Assembly: GCA_039587395.1 (NCBI GenBank)
Contig: JBDHIQ010000002.1
Coordinates: 1,171-65,170 of the forward strand
DNA length: 64,000 nucleotides
Direction: 5' to 3'
Source of the DNA: Gemmatimonadota bacterium
Lineage (GTDB): Bacteria; Gemmatimonadota; Gemmatimonadetes; Palauibacterales; Palauibacteraceae
The position numbers were made by a program, and so were the translations under genes. The notes beneath the pieces were generated by a model. It was not told where the DNA came from and ran no database searches. It was given only the letters and a program-made list of their open reading frames with translations. Below, piece by piece: positions 19,771-29,359 of this stretch; the stretch's first letter is position 1, and each line of letters opens with the position of its first letter.

Positions 19771-22700
19771 TCAGGCCACGTGGCTGGCTTCGCCCAACTC
19801 CACTCCCACAACAGATGAGACACCCGGCTCCTGCATCGTCACGCCGTAGATCCAATCGGCTGCCTCGATAGTCCGCGCGTTGTGGGTGATGATTACGAAC
19901 TGCGTCTCGGACTTGAACTGTTGCACCATGTTGACGAAGCGGAGGATGTTGGTCTCGTCCAGCGGCGCATCCACCTCATCCATCAGGCAGACGGGACTGG
20001 GCTTGGTCAGGTAGATGGCGAACAGGAGCGCCAGCGCCGTCAGCGCGCGCTCGCCCCCGGACAGCAGATGGATGCGTTGGGTTCGCTTCCCGCGGGGGCT
20101 GGCCGAAATCTCGATGGGAGAATCGAGCGGGTCGTCGGGATCCTCCAGCCACACATCGCACTCGCCTCCTTCGAACAACGTCTGGAAGGTCCTGACGAAG
20201 TTGTCCCGGATCTCATCGAACGTCTCCGTGAACGTCGCGGCAGCTGTTCGGTTGATCCGACGGATCGATTCGCGCAAGTCGTCTCGCGCCTCCACCAGAT
20301 CATCCCGTTGCTCTGTAAGGAAGGTCAGCCGCTCCTGCTCGGTGGTGAATTCCTCCTGCGCCAGCAGGTTCACGGGACCGATGCGGGCCAGCGACCGCCG
20401 AACGGTGTCGAGCTCGGATTCCCACTCCTCGAGCCCACCCGTTTCCAGGGGCTCGACGCGCGTGGACAGCTCGTCCAGGTCGGCATCCCACTCGGCTTCC
20501 AGGCGCTCGAGGATAGTCGCCTGGCCGGCCTTCAGCTCGGTTACTTCCAGCTCCAGGGCATGTCGTTGCTCGAGGTGCTCGCGCTCCGTCCGCCGCGTCT
20601 CGCGCAGCGCGGTTTCGCGTGAGGCCAGCTCGAGACGCGTGGCGTCGACTCTCTCTTCCGCCTCACGCAGCCGGGTCTCGATGCCGCGGCGCGCATGGAG
20701 CAACGATTCGAGCTCCTCCTCTCCTGCCTGGATGGACTGCCGGCCTTTCTTGATGGTCTCCGTCAGAGTCGCGCGCTCGGCTTCGTGGCGGCTCTCCCGG
20801 CTCACCAGATCGGTCAGCGCCTCCTCGGCGCGGCGGAGCGTGTCGGTGGCAGCCGACAGATCGGCTTCGCGACGCGCCATTCGGAGCTGCAGCTCGTGCA
20901 GCATCCCCCGGCGCTCCTCCCACGCGCTGTGGGCTTTGCCGGCCTCGGTGCGGAGCTCCAGCGTCTCGGCGTCGACGGTGGCCACCTCGGCCTTGATCTC
21001 GCTCAGCCGTTCCTTTCTGGCCATTGCCCGCTCGCGCGCCGCCTCGGAGAGAGATTCGAGCTCCGTCATCCGCTCCCGGATGGCGGACTGCTCCGAAGCT
21101 ATGCGCCCCAGCCGGCTCTCCGCATCCGCCGACTCGGCTTCCCGCTTGCGGCGCTCCACCGCCGAGTCGCCCGCTTCCCGTTCGAGCGACTCCGCCTGCG
21201 AAATGGCCTCGGCCAGCTCCGCTTCCGCTGTCTCACGGGCACCCCGAATCTTGTCCCACTTCGCTTCCAGCTGGGCCGTCCGGCCGTGAAGCAGCTCGAG
21301 CTCCGCTCGCTGGGAGACGACACCCTTCCTGCCGCCGTGTCCGATGTGTACGGCGCCCCATTCGTCCTGGCCTGTTCCATCCGGCTTGACCCACGGAGTG
21401 GATGCGGGGTCGAACGCCTCCCCGGATTCGATTCCCACGTCGCGGAGCAGGACACGGGCCCAGGGCGCACCCGGACCCTCCAGCGTGATCTGCTCGAGCA
21501 GCGAGGGAAGTGCCGCGGAGCGGTCAGAGCCTTCACTACCTGCCACCGGACGCGGTCCCGGTTTCAGTGGTAGAAGCAGCAATCCCTCGTCACTCCCCCG
21601 GTCTGCGAGCCAGCGTCGCACCGCGTCCACCGTCTTCCAGTCGCGGACAACCACTCCATGCAGATAAGGCCCAAGCCGCGCTTCTACGGCCGCAGCCAGC
21701 GACGACGGCGCCCGTATGGCGTCGGCCAGAACTCCTTCCACCCCGTTCACGGACGACTTGGCCGCGATCAGAGCGCCCACGATTTCCGGAAGATGATTCG
21801 CCGATGCGACGAAGCCGCTCAGACTCTCGGCCCGGGCCCGCGCTCCGATGAGCTCGCCCTCGATGGTCGTTGCCTCCTCGCGAAGCTCCCGAACTTCCGC
21901 CTGTTTCTGCTCGATCGCTTCGCGCAGCTCTGCGAGCTTCCCTGCGATCGAGGCCGCGGCGCTACCCGCGGCCGTGGCCTGCTCGGCCGCGCGGTCAACG
22001 ATCCCGGAGAGTTCCGCCTCCTCTCTCCCGAGTTCCTCCAGCTCGGCGCGGCGGCGTTCGTTCTCGGCGCGCCATTCGACGTCGCGTTGCTCCGCCGCCT
22101 CGATCTCAGACTCCAGGAGGCTGATCTCCCGGGTCAGCGAGTCCAGCGTTCGCCTGGCCGTGTCCGCCCTGGCGCCCGCCGTTTCCCGGTCGGCGGCCAG
22201 GCTCTCGACCTCTGCCAGCAGCGCTCTTTCTCGGCCGGTCAGATCGTCCACACCCGCTCGCTCACTGTCCAGGGCGCCGGCGGCCGTCTCCAGCACGTTC
22301 TGGATGTCCGCCTTCCGCCCGGTCAGCTCCTCGAGCTCCCTGGAAAGCGTGGCAATCCTCTCCTCAGCCGCCGATACCCGCTCGGCCGCCACGAGACGCT
22401 CACGCTCACGAGATTCGAGCTGTTGGCGCGCGGTTTCCAGCTCGCGAGCCAGACGGCTTCGCTCGTGCTCCTGTTCGGCCAGGCCGATGCGGAGAGTCTC
22501 CGCCTCGGTCTCGGCCGTCTGCAGTCCCGTCTCTTCCCCGGAACGCACGTCCACCAGCCGGCTCAGCTCCACCTCCGCTGTGGCCAGTCGCTCCCTGGTC
22601 CAGGCCAGCCGGGCACCGGCGACGGCCACTTCAAGCTGCAGCAGACGCTCGCGAAGACGACCGTATCGTTCGGCCCGGCCCCGTTGCTGAGCGAGCGAGC

Positions 22701-23307
22701 GCACCTTGGACTGCACCTCGTTGAGGACGTCGTCCAGGCGCTGTAGATCGGTTTCCGATTGCTCCAGGCGGCGCAGCGCCGTGCGGCGTCGATCCTTGTA
22801 GCGGCCCACTTCGGCAGCCTCTTCAAACAGGGCCCGTCGCTCCTCCGCCCGGTCGCTGAGGATCGAGTCGATCATCCGACCCTCCATGATCGCGTAGGCG
22901 TTGGCCCCAAGACCGGTGTCTCGGCAGAGATCGAGGATGTCGCGCAGGCGGCAGGCGCCGCCGTTGATGGTGTATTCGCTTTCCCCGCCCCGGTAGACCG
23001 TTCGCCCGACTACGACTTCCGAGTACGGGAGTGGAAGGATGCCATCCTCGTTGGACAGCTCCAGCGACACTTCGGCCCGGTGGATGGGCCGCCTTGCCTC
23101 CGTCCCGCCAAAGATGGCCTCTTCCATCCGCGACCCGCGGATGGCCGTGGGGCGTTGCTCGCCCAGGACCCAGCGGAGGGCATCCGAGATGTTGGACTTG
23201 CCGCATCCGTTCGGGCCGACGACCGCCGTGACGCCGTCGTGCAGATCGATGCGAGTTCGATCGGCGAACGACTTGAACCCGTGGAGCGTCAGCGACTTGA
23301 TCCTCAC
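19771..23307 (-). CDS. smc: chromosome segregation protein SMC
   Basis: 1178 aa. N-terminal Walker A GPNGCGKSNISDA, long coiled coils, hinge, C-terminal LSGGERALTALALLFAI and Walker B DEVDAPLD. Confidence 0.96.
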   Translation of the reverse strand: MRIKSLTLHGFKSFADRTRIDLHDGVTAVVGPNGCGKSNISDALRWVLGEQRPTAIRGSRMEEAIFGGTEARRPIHRAEVSLELSNEDGILPLPYSEVVVGRTVYRGGESEYTINGGACRLRDILDLCRDTGLGANAYAIMEGRMIDSILSDRAEERRALFEEAAEVGRYKDRRRTALRRLEQSETDLQRLDDVLNEVQSKVRSLAQQRGRAERYGRLRERLLQLEVAVAGARLAWTRERLATAEVELSRLVDVRSGEETGLQTAETEAETLRIGLAEQEHERSRLARELETARQQLESRERERLVAAERVSAAEERIATLSRELEELTGRKADIQNVLETAAGALDSERAGVDDLTGRERALLAEVESLAADRETAGARADTARRTLDSLTREISLLESEIEAAEQRDVEWRAENERRRAELEELGREEAELSGIVDRAAEQATAAGSAAASIAGKLAELREAIEQKQAEVRELREEATTIEGELIGARARAESLSGFVASANHLPEIVGALIAAKSSVNGVEGVLADAIRAPSSLAAAVEARLGPYLHGVVVRDWKTVDAVRRWLADRGSDEGLLLLPLKPGPRPVAGSEGSDRSAALPSLLEQITLEGPGAPWARVLLRDVGIESGEAFDPASTPWVKPDGTGQDEWGAVHIGHGGRKGVVSQRAELELLHGRTAQLEAKWDKIRGARETAEAELAEAISQAESLEREAGDSAVERRKREAESADAESRLGRIASEQSAIRERMTELESLSEAARERAMARKERLSEIKAEVATVDAETLELRTEAGKAHSAWEERRGMLHELQLRMARREADLSAATDTLRRAEEALTDLVSRESRHEAERATLTETIKKGRQSIQAGEEELESLLHARRGIETRLREAEERVDATRLELASRETALRETRRTEREHLEQRHALELEVTELKAGQATILERLEAEWDADLDELSTRVEPLETGGLEEWESELDTVRRSLARIGPVNLLAQEEFTTEQERLTFLTEQRDDLVEARDDLRESIRRINRTAAATFTETFDEIRDNFVRTFQTLFEGGECDVWLEDPDDPLDSPIEISASPRGKRTQRIHLLSGGERALTALALLFAIYLTKPSPVCLMDEVDAPLDETNILRFVNMVQQFKSETQFVIITHNARTIEAADWIYGVTMQEPGVSSVVGVELGEASHVA

Positions 23308-23391
23308 CTTGACCTCATCTGGAATTCTACTCTTCCGGCGGCCTGACGTGCATTTCCGGCTGCGGCCGCCGGCATCGTCTCGGCATCCAGG

Positions 23392-24873
23392 CTATCTCAA
23401 CGTCCCCCGCCTGGCGACCAGCTCCGCATCCCGCCCGGCTTCCTGGAGGATGGCCTGCATGGTCTCGGCTGCCGTCTCTGATCCGTAGCCGCCCGACAGA
23501 AGCTGAAAGGCCGAGTCCGCCCCGCTGCCGGCCGATAGAATGTAGGCCGGGATCCCCGCGGCACTGGCTTCGGCCAGCGCGGACTCCGCGCGTGCGCGGT
23601 CCGGATACACCCCCAGCCGAAACACCAGCGGAACGGGCCGGACGTCCCAGGCGGTCGCCGATCGCTTCAGGCCCTCGGAGACCAGGGCATCCATCAGAGC
23701 CTGCCCGGCCGCCTGGTCGGCCACGGCGCCGGCCAGTACCCGGAAGTAGGTGTCGCCACGCACGGGCGTTGGCGCGATGTAGTACAGCCGGTCGTCCGTG
23801 GCGCGCAGTCCGTTCAGCACCGCTTCCGCCTCGGCGGGATCAGGAGAGCTGGCCATGGCCACCGAGTAGCCCAGCTCCTGCGATGCATCCACGATAGCCA
23901 CCAGCTGCTGAAGGCGCAGGCTGCCCTGCCCTGTTCCGGCGTCCGCACCCGCCGTGGGCTCCGCGCCCGGACCCCCGGCCGCGGGGTCGTCGGGAACTGC
24001 GGCCGTCGAATCCGGGTCGGAAGACTCGATGGTCTCGCGCGCGAGAAACCACCAGCCCCCGGCGATGATGATCACCGCGATAATCCCGATGGCGATGCGA
24101 CCGACCGGCAGCGTACCCCTGGACCGGTGTCGCCTCCAGGCCCCGGCCAGCCCCGAGCCGGCTTCGACGGGCTCCTGTCCGTCCTGCTCGGCATCTTCCG
24201 TCTCGGCCGCGTCGTCCGCCCGGACCGCATCTTCCAGCTGGACTTCATCTTCGGCGAGCGCGTCCGTAACGGCGCCGGGCGAGCGGGCGTCCGGGTCCTC
24301 ATCGACGGCATCCAGCACCAGGCGGCCCAGCTCGACGGCGCGGGTGGGTGGTACGGGTCGGGTGTAGATGTCGCCCAGCGTCAGGTATCCGTCCAGCAAC
24401 CCGCTCAGAGACTCGTCTGCGAGGGCGTCCTCCGGCATGTGCAGAAGCAGCGTGCCACCGCGGCCACGAACGCGCTCGACGAACTGCCGGAAAGCCTCGC
24501 TCGCGAACAGCGCCGCAAGATCAACGGGCTCCTGGCCGGCGGGAAGGTACACATAGGGCTTGTTCTCACTTCGCAACGCGATGTCGCTCAGCCGCACACG
24601 TCCGTGGAGGGCCGCATTCAACCCGTGGCGATCTCCGCCGCCGAGCAGGTTGTCCAGCGGGGCGTTGGACGTCTCGCAGCTGGTCAGCAGGGTGTGCTCG
24701 CGGCGGCGTGCCACGGCGGTGGCGATGGTGTCCGCCGCACTTGCATTGCGCTCCGCTTCTCCGACGGACAACCAGGACGGATGAACCAGCCCGATGATCT
24801 GTACGTCGGCAGGAACGTCCCAGGCCAGGAAGCGGGCCTCGTTCTCCTGACGCTCGTTTACCGGATCCATCAT
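23392..24873 (-). CDS. bitopic membrane protein: degenerate ParA/BY-kinase-like P-loop domain, TM helix, two C-terminal SPOR domains
   Basis: Residues about 20-190 align in pattern to MinD/BY-kinase ATPases, but the Walker A, A' and B positions read SVGEAERNAS, TLLTSCET and TLLLHMPE. Acidic linker, TM (IAIGIIAVIIIAGGWWFLA), Pro/Ala linker, then two SPOR-like repeats (YSVAMASSP...YFRVLAG and FRLGVYPDR...FQLLSGGY). The start overlaps the upstream stop (ATGA). Confidence 0.7.
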   Translation of the reverse strand: MMDPVNERQENEARFLAWDVPADVQIIGLVHPSWLSVGEAERNASAADTIATAVARRREHTLLTSCETSNAPLDNLLGGGDRHGLNAALHGRVRLSDIALRSENKPYVYLPAGQEPVDLAALFASEAFRQFVERVRGRGGTLLLHMPEDALADESLSGLLDGYLTLGDIYTRPVPPTRAVELGRLVLDAVDEDPDARSPGAVTDALAEDEVQLEDAVRADDAAETEDAEQDGQEPVEAGSGLAGAWRRHRSRGTLPVGRIAIGIIAVIIIAGGWWFLARETIESSDPDSTAAVPDDPAAGGPGAEPTAGADAGTGQGSLRLQQLVAIVDASQELGYSVAMASSPDPAEAEAVLNGLRATDDRLYYIAPTPVRGDTYFRVLAGAVADQAAGQALMDALVSEGLKRSATAWDVRPVPLVFRLGVYPDRARAESALAEASAAGIPAYILSAGSGADSAFQLLSGGYGSETAAETMQAILQEAGRDAELVARRGTLR

Positions 24874-26501
24874 CTGTTCTCCGTCGAGCTCCGGGGTCGG
24901 ACGTCAGGTCCGATCTCGGCGATCCAGCCCTGCAGGCCTCTCTCGCGACGCAGCGCCTGGACCGCCGCCTCCGCTGCCTCGCGGTTCGCGTGCGGACCGA
25001 CCAGCGCGCGATACCAGATCTCGTTCGCCTCATCCCGGTGTCGCTGGATTCGCGTCGGAAACCCGGCTTCCGAGAGACCGCGCGTGAGCTCTGCGATGCC
25101 GGAGTAATTCAACGACGAGCCGACGATGACGTAGAACCCGGCCGGTATCTCCGCCGGGGCCCCGGTCGGCTCGTCGCGGGGCCGCTCACCGGCCAGCTCC
25201 GACGCCGGCGTGCCAGGCCGCACGATGGAATCCCCCGGCGCCTCCCGGGTCGCCGCTTCACCCGCCTGTGCCAGGTCACCTTCAGCGACCCCGCCTCCAT
25301 CTTCCGCCGCAGCGGCTTCGGACGCCAGGCTGTCGCCCGGCTCCCGGCCTGCGACAGCCATGGGACGAGCTGGCGGTCTCCAGCGCACGGCCAGCCACCA
25401 CGCCTGGGCCGGTCCGATCACAGGAGCGCTTCCGGCCGCATCCGGAGTCCACAGCACGGGGCGTCCGTCCTGGAGCGTCAGGACTCCGTCGCCCACGGCC
25501 ATAGGCACATCCGTCCGCCAGTCGCCGGGCACGGGCTGACGATCCCCGGAGGGATACACGATCCACGCTTGCGCTCCGTCGAACACCAGGACGGAGCCGC
25601 CAAACAACGAGCTTCGAATCTCCCCCGGCGCGCTGTCCAGCTCCGTCAGTCTCCGCGATTCCTCCGTGTATCTGCCGACGGCATGGAGGCCCGCTCGGTC
25701 CGTCGTCGCCGCATAGATCAGGTGGGATGACGGCGAGGTGGCCAGTGCCGTGACCGCCCCATCCACGTTGGGCTCACCCGTGACGGAGAGTTCGGGAAGG
25801 CTCAGCAGGACCAGGCGATTGGACCGTATGCCACGAAACGCGGCCTGGCTGCCCCATGCCGTCACGAGTCCGGGCGGCGACACCTGGAGGTCCGTTCGCG
25901 TGACCGGCTCAGCGCCGTCGGCCGTCCAGAGACCCAGCATCAAGCCATCCGCGGAGGAGAACAGTGCCAGAAGCCCGCCGCCGCGCACCGGCCCTGCCCA
26001 CACGGGCGGGCCCGGCAACTCGTAACGCCATGTCTCGGTCGCGGAGATCACCACGGCGGTCAACGCCGTTGGGTCCGCGTACGCTCCGTGCTCGCCAAAC
26101 GATCTCCAGACGGCGCCGCTTCCGACCTGAGCGATCTCCTCCAGCACATCGCGAGAGGGAACGTAGCGGTGGACCGATCCTTCCTCCGTCTTCAGGATTA
26201 CGGCCCCGCCGAGCGCGTGCGCTTCCACGGAGGATGGGAGGATCGTCGTGCCCCGCCACACGGAATCAGAGGGGGTGGTGAGGTCACGGAGCTGTGCGGT
26301 GCCGCCCTCCCGTGGTATGACGAGCCACCCCCAGCCCTGGAGGGAACTCCCGACCACCAGCCGCACACCGGTGGCTGGAGCGCTCGGATGGCTTTCCGAG
26401 ACTCTCCCGTCGTCCCCGCATCCCGCGAGCAGCATGGCAGCCAATAAGGCTGGCCACCAGCGCGTCCTGTAGAGCCTGACCGTCAAAGAGGACCGATTCA
26501 C
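24870..26501 (-). CDS. lipoprotein with beta-rich domain and C-terminal SPOR domain
   Basis: Lipobox ALLAAMLLAGC, about 330 aa beta-rich region, disordered acidic linker, and a C-terminal SPOR (FYVIVGSSLNYSGIAELTRGL...WYRALVGPHANREAAEAAV). Confidence 0.7.
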   Translation of the reverse strand: MNRSSLTVRLYRTRWWPALLAAMLLAGCGDDGRVSESHPSAPATGVRLVVGSSLQGWGWLVIPREGGTAQLRDLTTPSDSVWRGTTILPSSVEAHALGGAVILKTEEGSVHRYVPSRDVLEEIAQVGSGAVWRSFGEHGAYADPTALTAVVISATETWRYELPGPPVWAGPVRGGGLLALFSSADGLMLGLWTADGAEPVTRTDLQVSPPGLVTAWGSQAAFRGIRSNRLVLLSLPELSVTGEPNVDGAVTALATSPSSHLIYAATTDRAGLHAVGRYTEESRRLTELDSAPGEIRSSLFGGSVLVFDGAQAWIVYPSGDRQPVPGDWRTDVPMAVGDGVLTLQDGRPVLWTPDAAGSAPVIGPAQAWWLAVRWRPPARPMAVAGREPGDSLASEAAAAEDGGGVAEGDLAQAGEAATREAPGDSIVRPGTPASELAGERPRDEPTGAPAEIPAGFYVIVGSSLNYSGIAELTRGLSEAGFPTRIQRHRDEANEIWYRALVGPHANREAAEAAVQALRRERGLQGWIAEIGPDVRPRSSTENR

Positions 26502-26608
26502 CTTCCGTCGACTGCCCGATGCCCTTCCCTGGTCCCGCTTCGGGCCGATGGTTCAACATAGCCGACAGCGGAAAAACGCCGCAAGAAAGCCTGAAGAACG
26601 GGAACGGA

Positions 26609-27001
26609 TCAGGCGAACTCGGTTCGCGGTGCGTCACCCCACAGCGTTTCGAGCTGGTAGAACTCGCGGACCTGTGGTTGAAAGACATGGGCTATGACGC
26701 CAACGAAGTCCAGGAGGATCCACCGACCCGACGATCTGCCTTCCTGGCCAACCGGACGGAAGCCCGCCTCTTTCATCCGCTCCACGATGTTGTCGGCGAT
26801 GGCCCGTGCGTGCGTGTCCGAATCCCCGGAAGCGACGAAGAAGAAGTCGGTAACATCCGACAGGCCCCTGAGGTCCAGCACGAGGCTCTGCCGCGCGTTT
26901 CGCTCCAGGGCGGCCTCCACCAGGCACGCCACCTCGGCGGGAGCCCCCCGTGTCTCGAGGCTTTCGAGAGCCTGTTTCTCGCGGCTTGCGTCGTCCGGCA
27001 T
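26609..27001 (-). CDS. rsfS: ribosome silencing factor RsfS
   Basis: LVLDLRGLSDVTDFFFVASGDSDTHARAIADNI ... WILLDFVGVIAHVFQPQVREFYQLETLW is the RsfS/IojAP signature. Confidence 0.9.
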   Translation of the reverse strand: MPDDASREKQALESLETRGAPAEVACLVEAALERNARQSLVLDLRGLSDVTDFFFVASGDSDTHARAIADNIVERMKEAGFRPVGQEGRSSGRWILLDFVGVIAHVFQPQVREFYQLETLWGDAPRTEFA

Positions 27002-27017
27002 GTGTTCCAGCGCCCCG

Positions 27018-27467
27018 TTACTCCTGCGCCACGACCCAGACCCGAATCACGGGTTCGACGTCTGCATGCAGCCGAATGGGCACCCGGTACACGCCGAGCT
27101 CCTTGATCGGCTCTTCCAGAACGATGTCGCGCCGGTCCACCTGAAGCCCGTCCTTCTCCAGCGCTTCCGAGATGTCCGCGTTGGTGACGGATCCGAACAG
27201 ACGGCCTTCCTCTCCTGCCCTCATCGTGAAGGTGAGAGATACGCCTTCCAGTTCCGAAGCCATGTCTTCGGCATGCGCTTTCTCTCGCTCCACCGTACGA
27301 CCGGACTGGCGGCGTTCTTCCTCAAACATGCGACGGTTGCCCTCCGTAGCTTCAAGGGCAAGTCCCTGCGGGATCAGGTAATTCCTGGCGAAGCCCGGCC
27401 TGACGTGAACCACCTCGCCGGCGCTTCCCAGATTCTCGACATCCGCTCTCAGAATCACATCTACCAT
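27018..27467 (-). CDS. rplI: 50S ribosomal protein L9
   Basis: MVDVILRADVENLGSAGEVVHVRPGFARNYLIPQGLA N-terminal domain, 149 aa. Confidence 0.95.
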   Translation of the reverse strand: MVDVILRADVENLGSAGEVVHVRPGFARNYLIPQGLALEATEGNRRMFEEERRQSGRTVEREKAHAEDMASELEGVSLTFTMRAGEEGRLFGSVTNADISEALEKDGLQVDRRDIVLEEPIKELGVYRVPIRLHADVEPVIRVWVVAQE

Positions 27468-27486
27468 AGTCTCAACTCGTCCTTCG

Positions 27487-28452
27487 TTACTCCGCGCTCG
27501 GCCGGCCGCGCAGTCTTCTCCTGAGATCGAGCCACGTGTCGCTCAGGCCCAACAGAAGCGCCGCCCCGACAACTACAGGATAAAGCAACATTGCGGCCAC
27601 CGCCCAGAGGGCCGCGGTCCACACCGATGTGACTACCGCTGCGGCCAGCCACAGCATGACCGCCATTCCCCTCAACACGTACAGACTGCCCATGAATACC
27701 AGCGCGTTCTCGCCCAGTCGCGTGGCGAGCTGTCCGACTGGAAGCAGGAACAGCAGCAATCCTGCAATGAGCAGCCATATCAACTGATCGGCAAACCGGA
27801 AATCGCGCAGCGCGCCGAGCGCGTTGGCCTGTCCTCCCAGTCGCCGCAGTATGTACCAGGCCACTGCCAGACCCGCCAGCGAGGCCAGGCCCAGAAACGC
27901 CGGATACAACAGAACCTGTATCTCCACGACATCCTCAATCGTCGCGGCAACCGAAGCCCACGACGCTCCACCCGCATCAAGCCATGTATAAGCCATTTGT
28001 GCGGCGCCCCGAATCTGTCCACTGATCAGCCAATCCAGCTCCGACAGCAGCGCGGGTCGCCACGCGGCGGCTCCCAGCACCACGGCGAACGCGGCTCCGA
28101 CCGCAATGATCGATCGCATCGTGACGCTGCCGTTCCGGTACACAAGCCCGGCCAACACGAATCCGCCTCCCAGCAACAGCGCCCACGCCCGCTCGCCGTA
28201 CCAGACCGGCGACGGGACGGGCGGCGCGACGGAAAACACGAACGCCACTATCGCAGCGGCCAGGAACAGGGCTCCGAAGCTTGTCGACCGGTAGGCGACC
28301 AGGAAGACCGCCAACGGAACGCACACCAGAACGAGAGGGCTGACCGGCGACATGAGCGCCGCCGTCACGGCCAGCGCGGCCGCCCGGGCCAGAGTCCAGC
28401 CGCGCCCGCTCACCCTACCCGTGCCACCGCGATCCAGGTTACGCGCCGACAC
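27487..28452 (-). CDS. polytopic membrane protein, DUF2232 (YybS-like) by position and topology
   Basis: 321 aa with about 8-9 TM helices, lying between rpsR and rplI as yybS does in Firmicutes. Family assignment is positional and topological only. Confidence 0.55.
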   Translation of the reverse strand: MSARNLDRGGTGRVSGRGWTLARAAALAVTAALMSPVSPLVLVCVPLAVFLVAYRSTSFGALFLAAAIVAFVFSVAPPVPSPVWYGERAWALLLGGGFVLAGLVYRNGSVTMRSIIAVGAAFAVVLGAAAWRPALLSELDWLISGQIRGAAQMAYTWLDAGGASWASVAATIEDVVEIQVLLYPAFLGLASLAGLAVAWYILRRLGGQANALGALRDFRFADQLIWLLIAGLLLFLLPVGQLATRLGENALVFMGSLYVLRGMAVMLWLAAAVVTSVWTAALWAVAAMLLYPVVVGAALLLGLSDTWLDLRRRLRGRPSAE

Positions 28453-28497
28453 GGTGCGACGGTGCGGCAGAGTGCTGCCGCGCGTGTCCTGTTCCGT

Positions 28498-28719
28498 TCA
28501 GCTGTGGTAGCCCTTGATGTAAGGTAGAATCGCCAGGTAGCGGGCCCGCTTGATGGCCGTGGCAAGCTGTCGCTGGTGCCGGGCGCAGGTTCCCGTCGCG
28601 CGGCGCGGCAGAATCTTTCCTCGATCGGATATGTAGCGACCGAGCATGTGCTCGTCCGCGTATTCGACTCGCTCGGCCTTGGCCTCGCAGAACCGGCAGA
28701 CTTTTCTGAACGCAGCCAT
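28498..28719 (-). CDS. rpsR: 30S ribosomal protein S18
   Basis: Start taken at ATG 28719 ([67 protein letters not shown]). The longer N-terminus in the ORF track overlaps the S6 tail and is an artefact. Confidence 0.92.
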   Translation of the reverse strand: MAAFRKVCRFCEAKAERVEYADEHMLGRYISDRGKILPRRATGTCARHQRQLATAIKRARYLAILPYIKGYHS

Positions 28720-28720
28720 G

Positions 28721-29359
28721 TCAGCTCCCCTTCTCTTCGTCGCCGGCGGGCTCGACCCCGGCTTCATCACCGGCGGGCTCAACCTCGGCTTCATCATCGG
28801 CAGGCGCCGCCTCGGCAGCCTCTTCCGTGACGGGCTCGGCGGTCGCCTCTTCGTCCGCCGCCTCATCCTCCGCTGCGTCCTCTTCCGCCTCCTCTTCGTC
28901 CGCCGCTTCTACCTCCGACGCTTCTTCCTCTGACCCTTCTTCAGCACCCGCCTCATCCTCTGTAGCCTCTGCGGGAGCGGACTCCGATGCCTCGTCGACC
29001 GCCTTCTCCGCGACTGGCGTCGCCGCCGCACTCGGCTCACCGTGCTCAAGAGACGCGGCAGGTCGGGGGAGCTCTCCCTCGGAGATGACGATGAGGTGAC
29101 GAAGCAGGTCTTCGTCCAGCTTCAGACGGCGTTCGAACTCGGGTAGCGCCACGGGCTCCACAGTGAATTGCGCGATGACGTAGTACCCGTTGCTTTCCTT
29201 GCGAATGGGGTAGGCGAGCTGGCGTTTCCCCCATTGCTCGACGGCGGTGATTTCTCCGCCATCTGAGGTAAGTACGTCGTGGTACTTCTCGAGCCGCTGC
29301 TCGATCTCTTCGGGCATGAAGCCCGACTTGAAGATGTAGACTATCTCGTAGTCTCGCAT
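28721..29359 (-). CDS. rpsF: 30S ribosomal protein S6 with about 110 aa acidic C-terminal extension
   Basis: [14 protein letters not shown]...[11 protein letters not shown]6 core (about 100 aa), then a Glu/Ala/Asp-rich tail ending [24 protein letters not shown]. Confidence 0.92.
   Translation of the reverse strand: MRDYEIVYIFKSGFMPEEIEQRLEKYHDVLTSDGGEITAVEQWGKRQLAYPIRKESNGYYVIAQFTVEPVALPEFERRLKLDEDLLRHLIVISEGELPRPAASLEHGEPSAAATPVAEKAVDEASESAPAEATEDEAGAEEGSEEEASEVEAADEEEAEEDAAEDEAADEEATAEPVTEEAAEAAPADDEAEVEPAGDEAGVEPAGDEEKGS
28741..28821 (-). repeat. 27 bp tandem repeat (2 good copies plus 1 degenerate) in the S6 tail
   Basis: CGCCGGCGGGCTCGACCCCGGCTTCAT (28741-28767) and CACCGGCGGGCTCAACCTCGGCTTCAT (28768-28794), followed by a degenerate third unit. 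Encodes [18 protein letters not shown]. Confidence 0.8.

Noticed and set aside
20015-22746. Very long plus-strand ORFs (424, 362, 292 and 280 aa) antisense to smc
   Set aside because: The translations are Ser/Arg/Ala low-complexity strings. These are the expected shadow frames of a GC-rich coiled-coil gene rich in GAG/CTC/CGC codons. The smc frame has all the diagnostic motifs.
28741-28821. Short tandem repeats (also at 15845-15918 and 56917-56952) as a possible CRISPR array
   Set aside because: The repeats are contiguous with no spacers. Two of the three sets lie inside coding sequence, and no cas genes are present.
28498-28866. 122 aa version of ribosomal protein S18 with a basic N-terminal extension
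   Set aside because: The extension is the alternative frame of the repetitive S6 acidic tail. The conserved S18 sequence starts at ATG 28719, one base after the rpsF stop.
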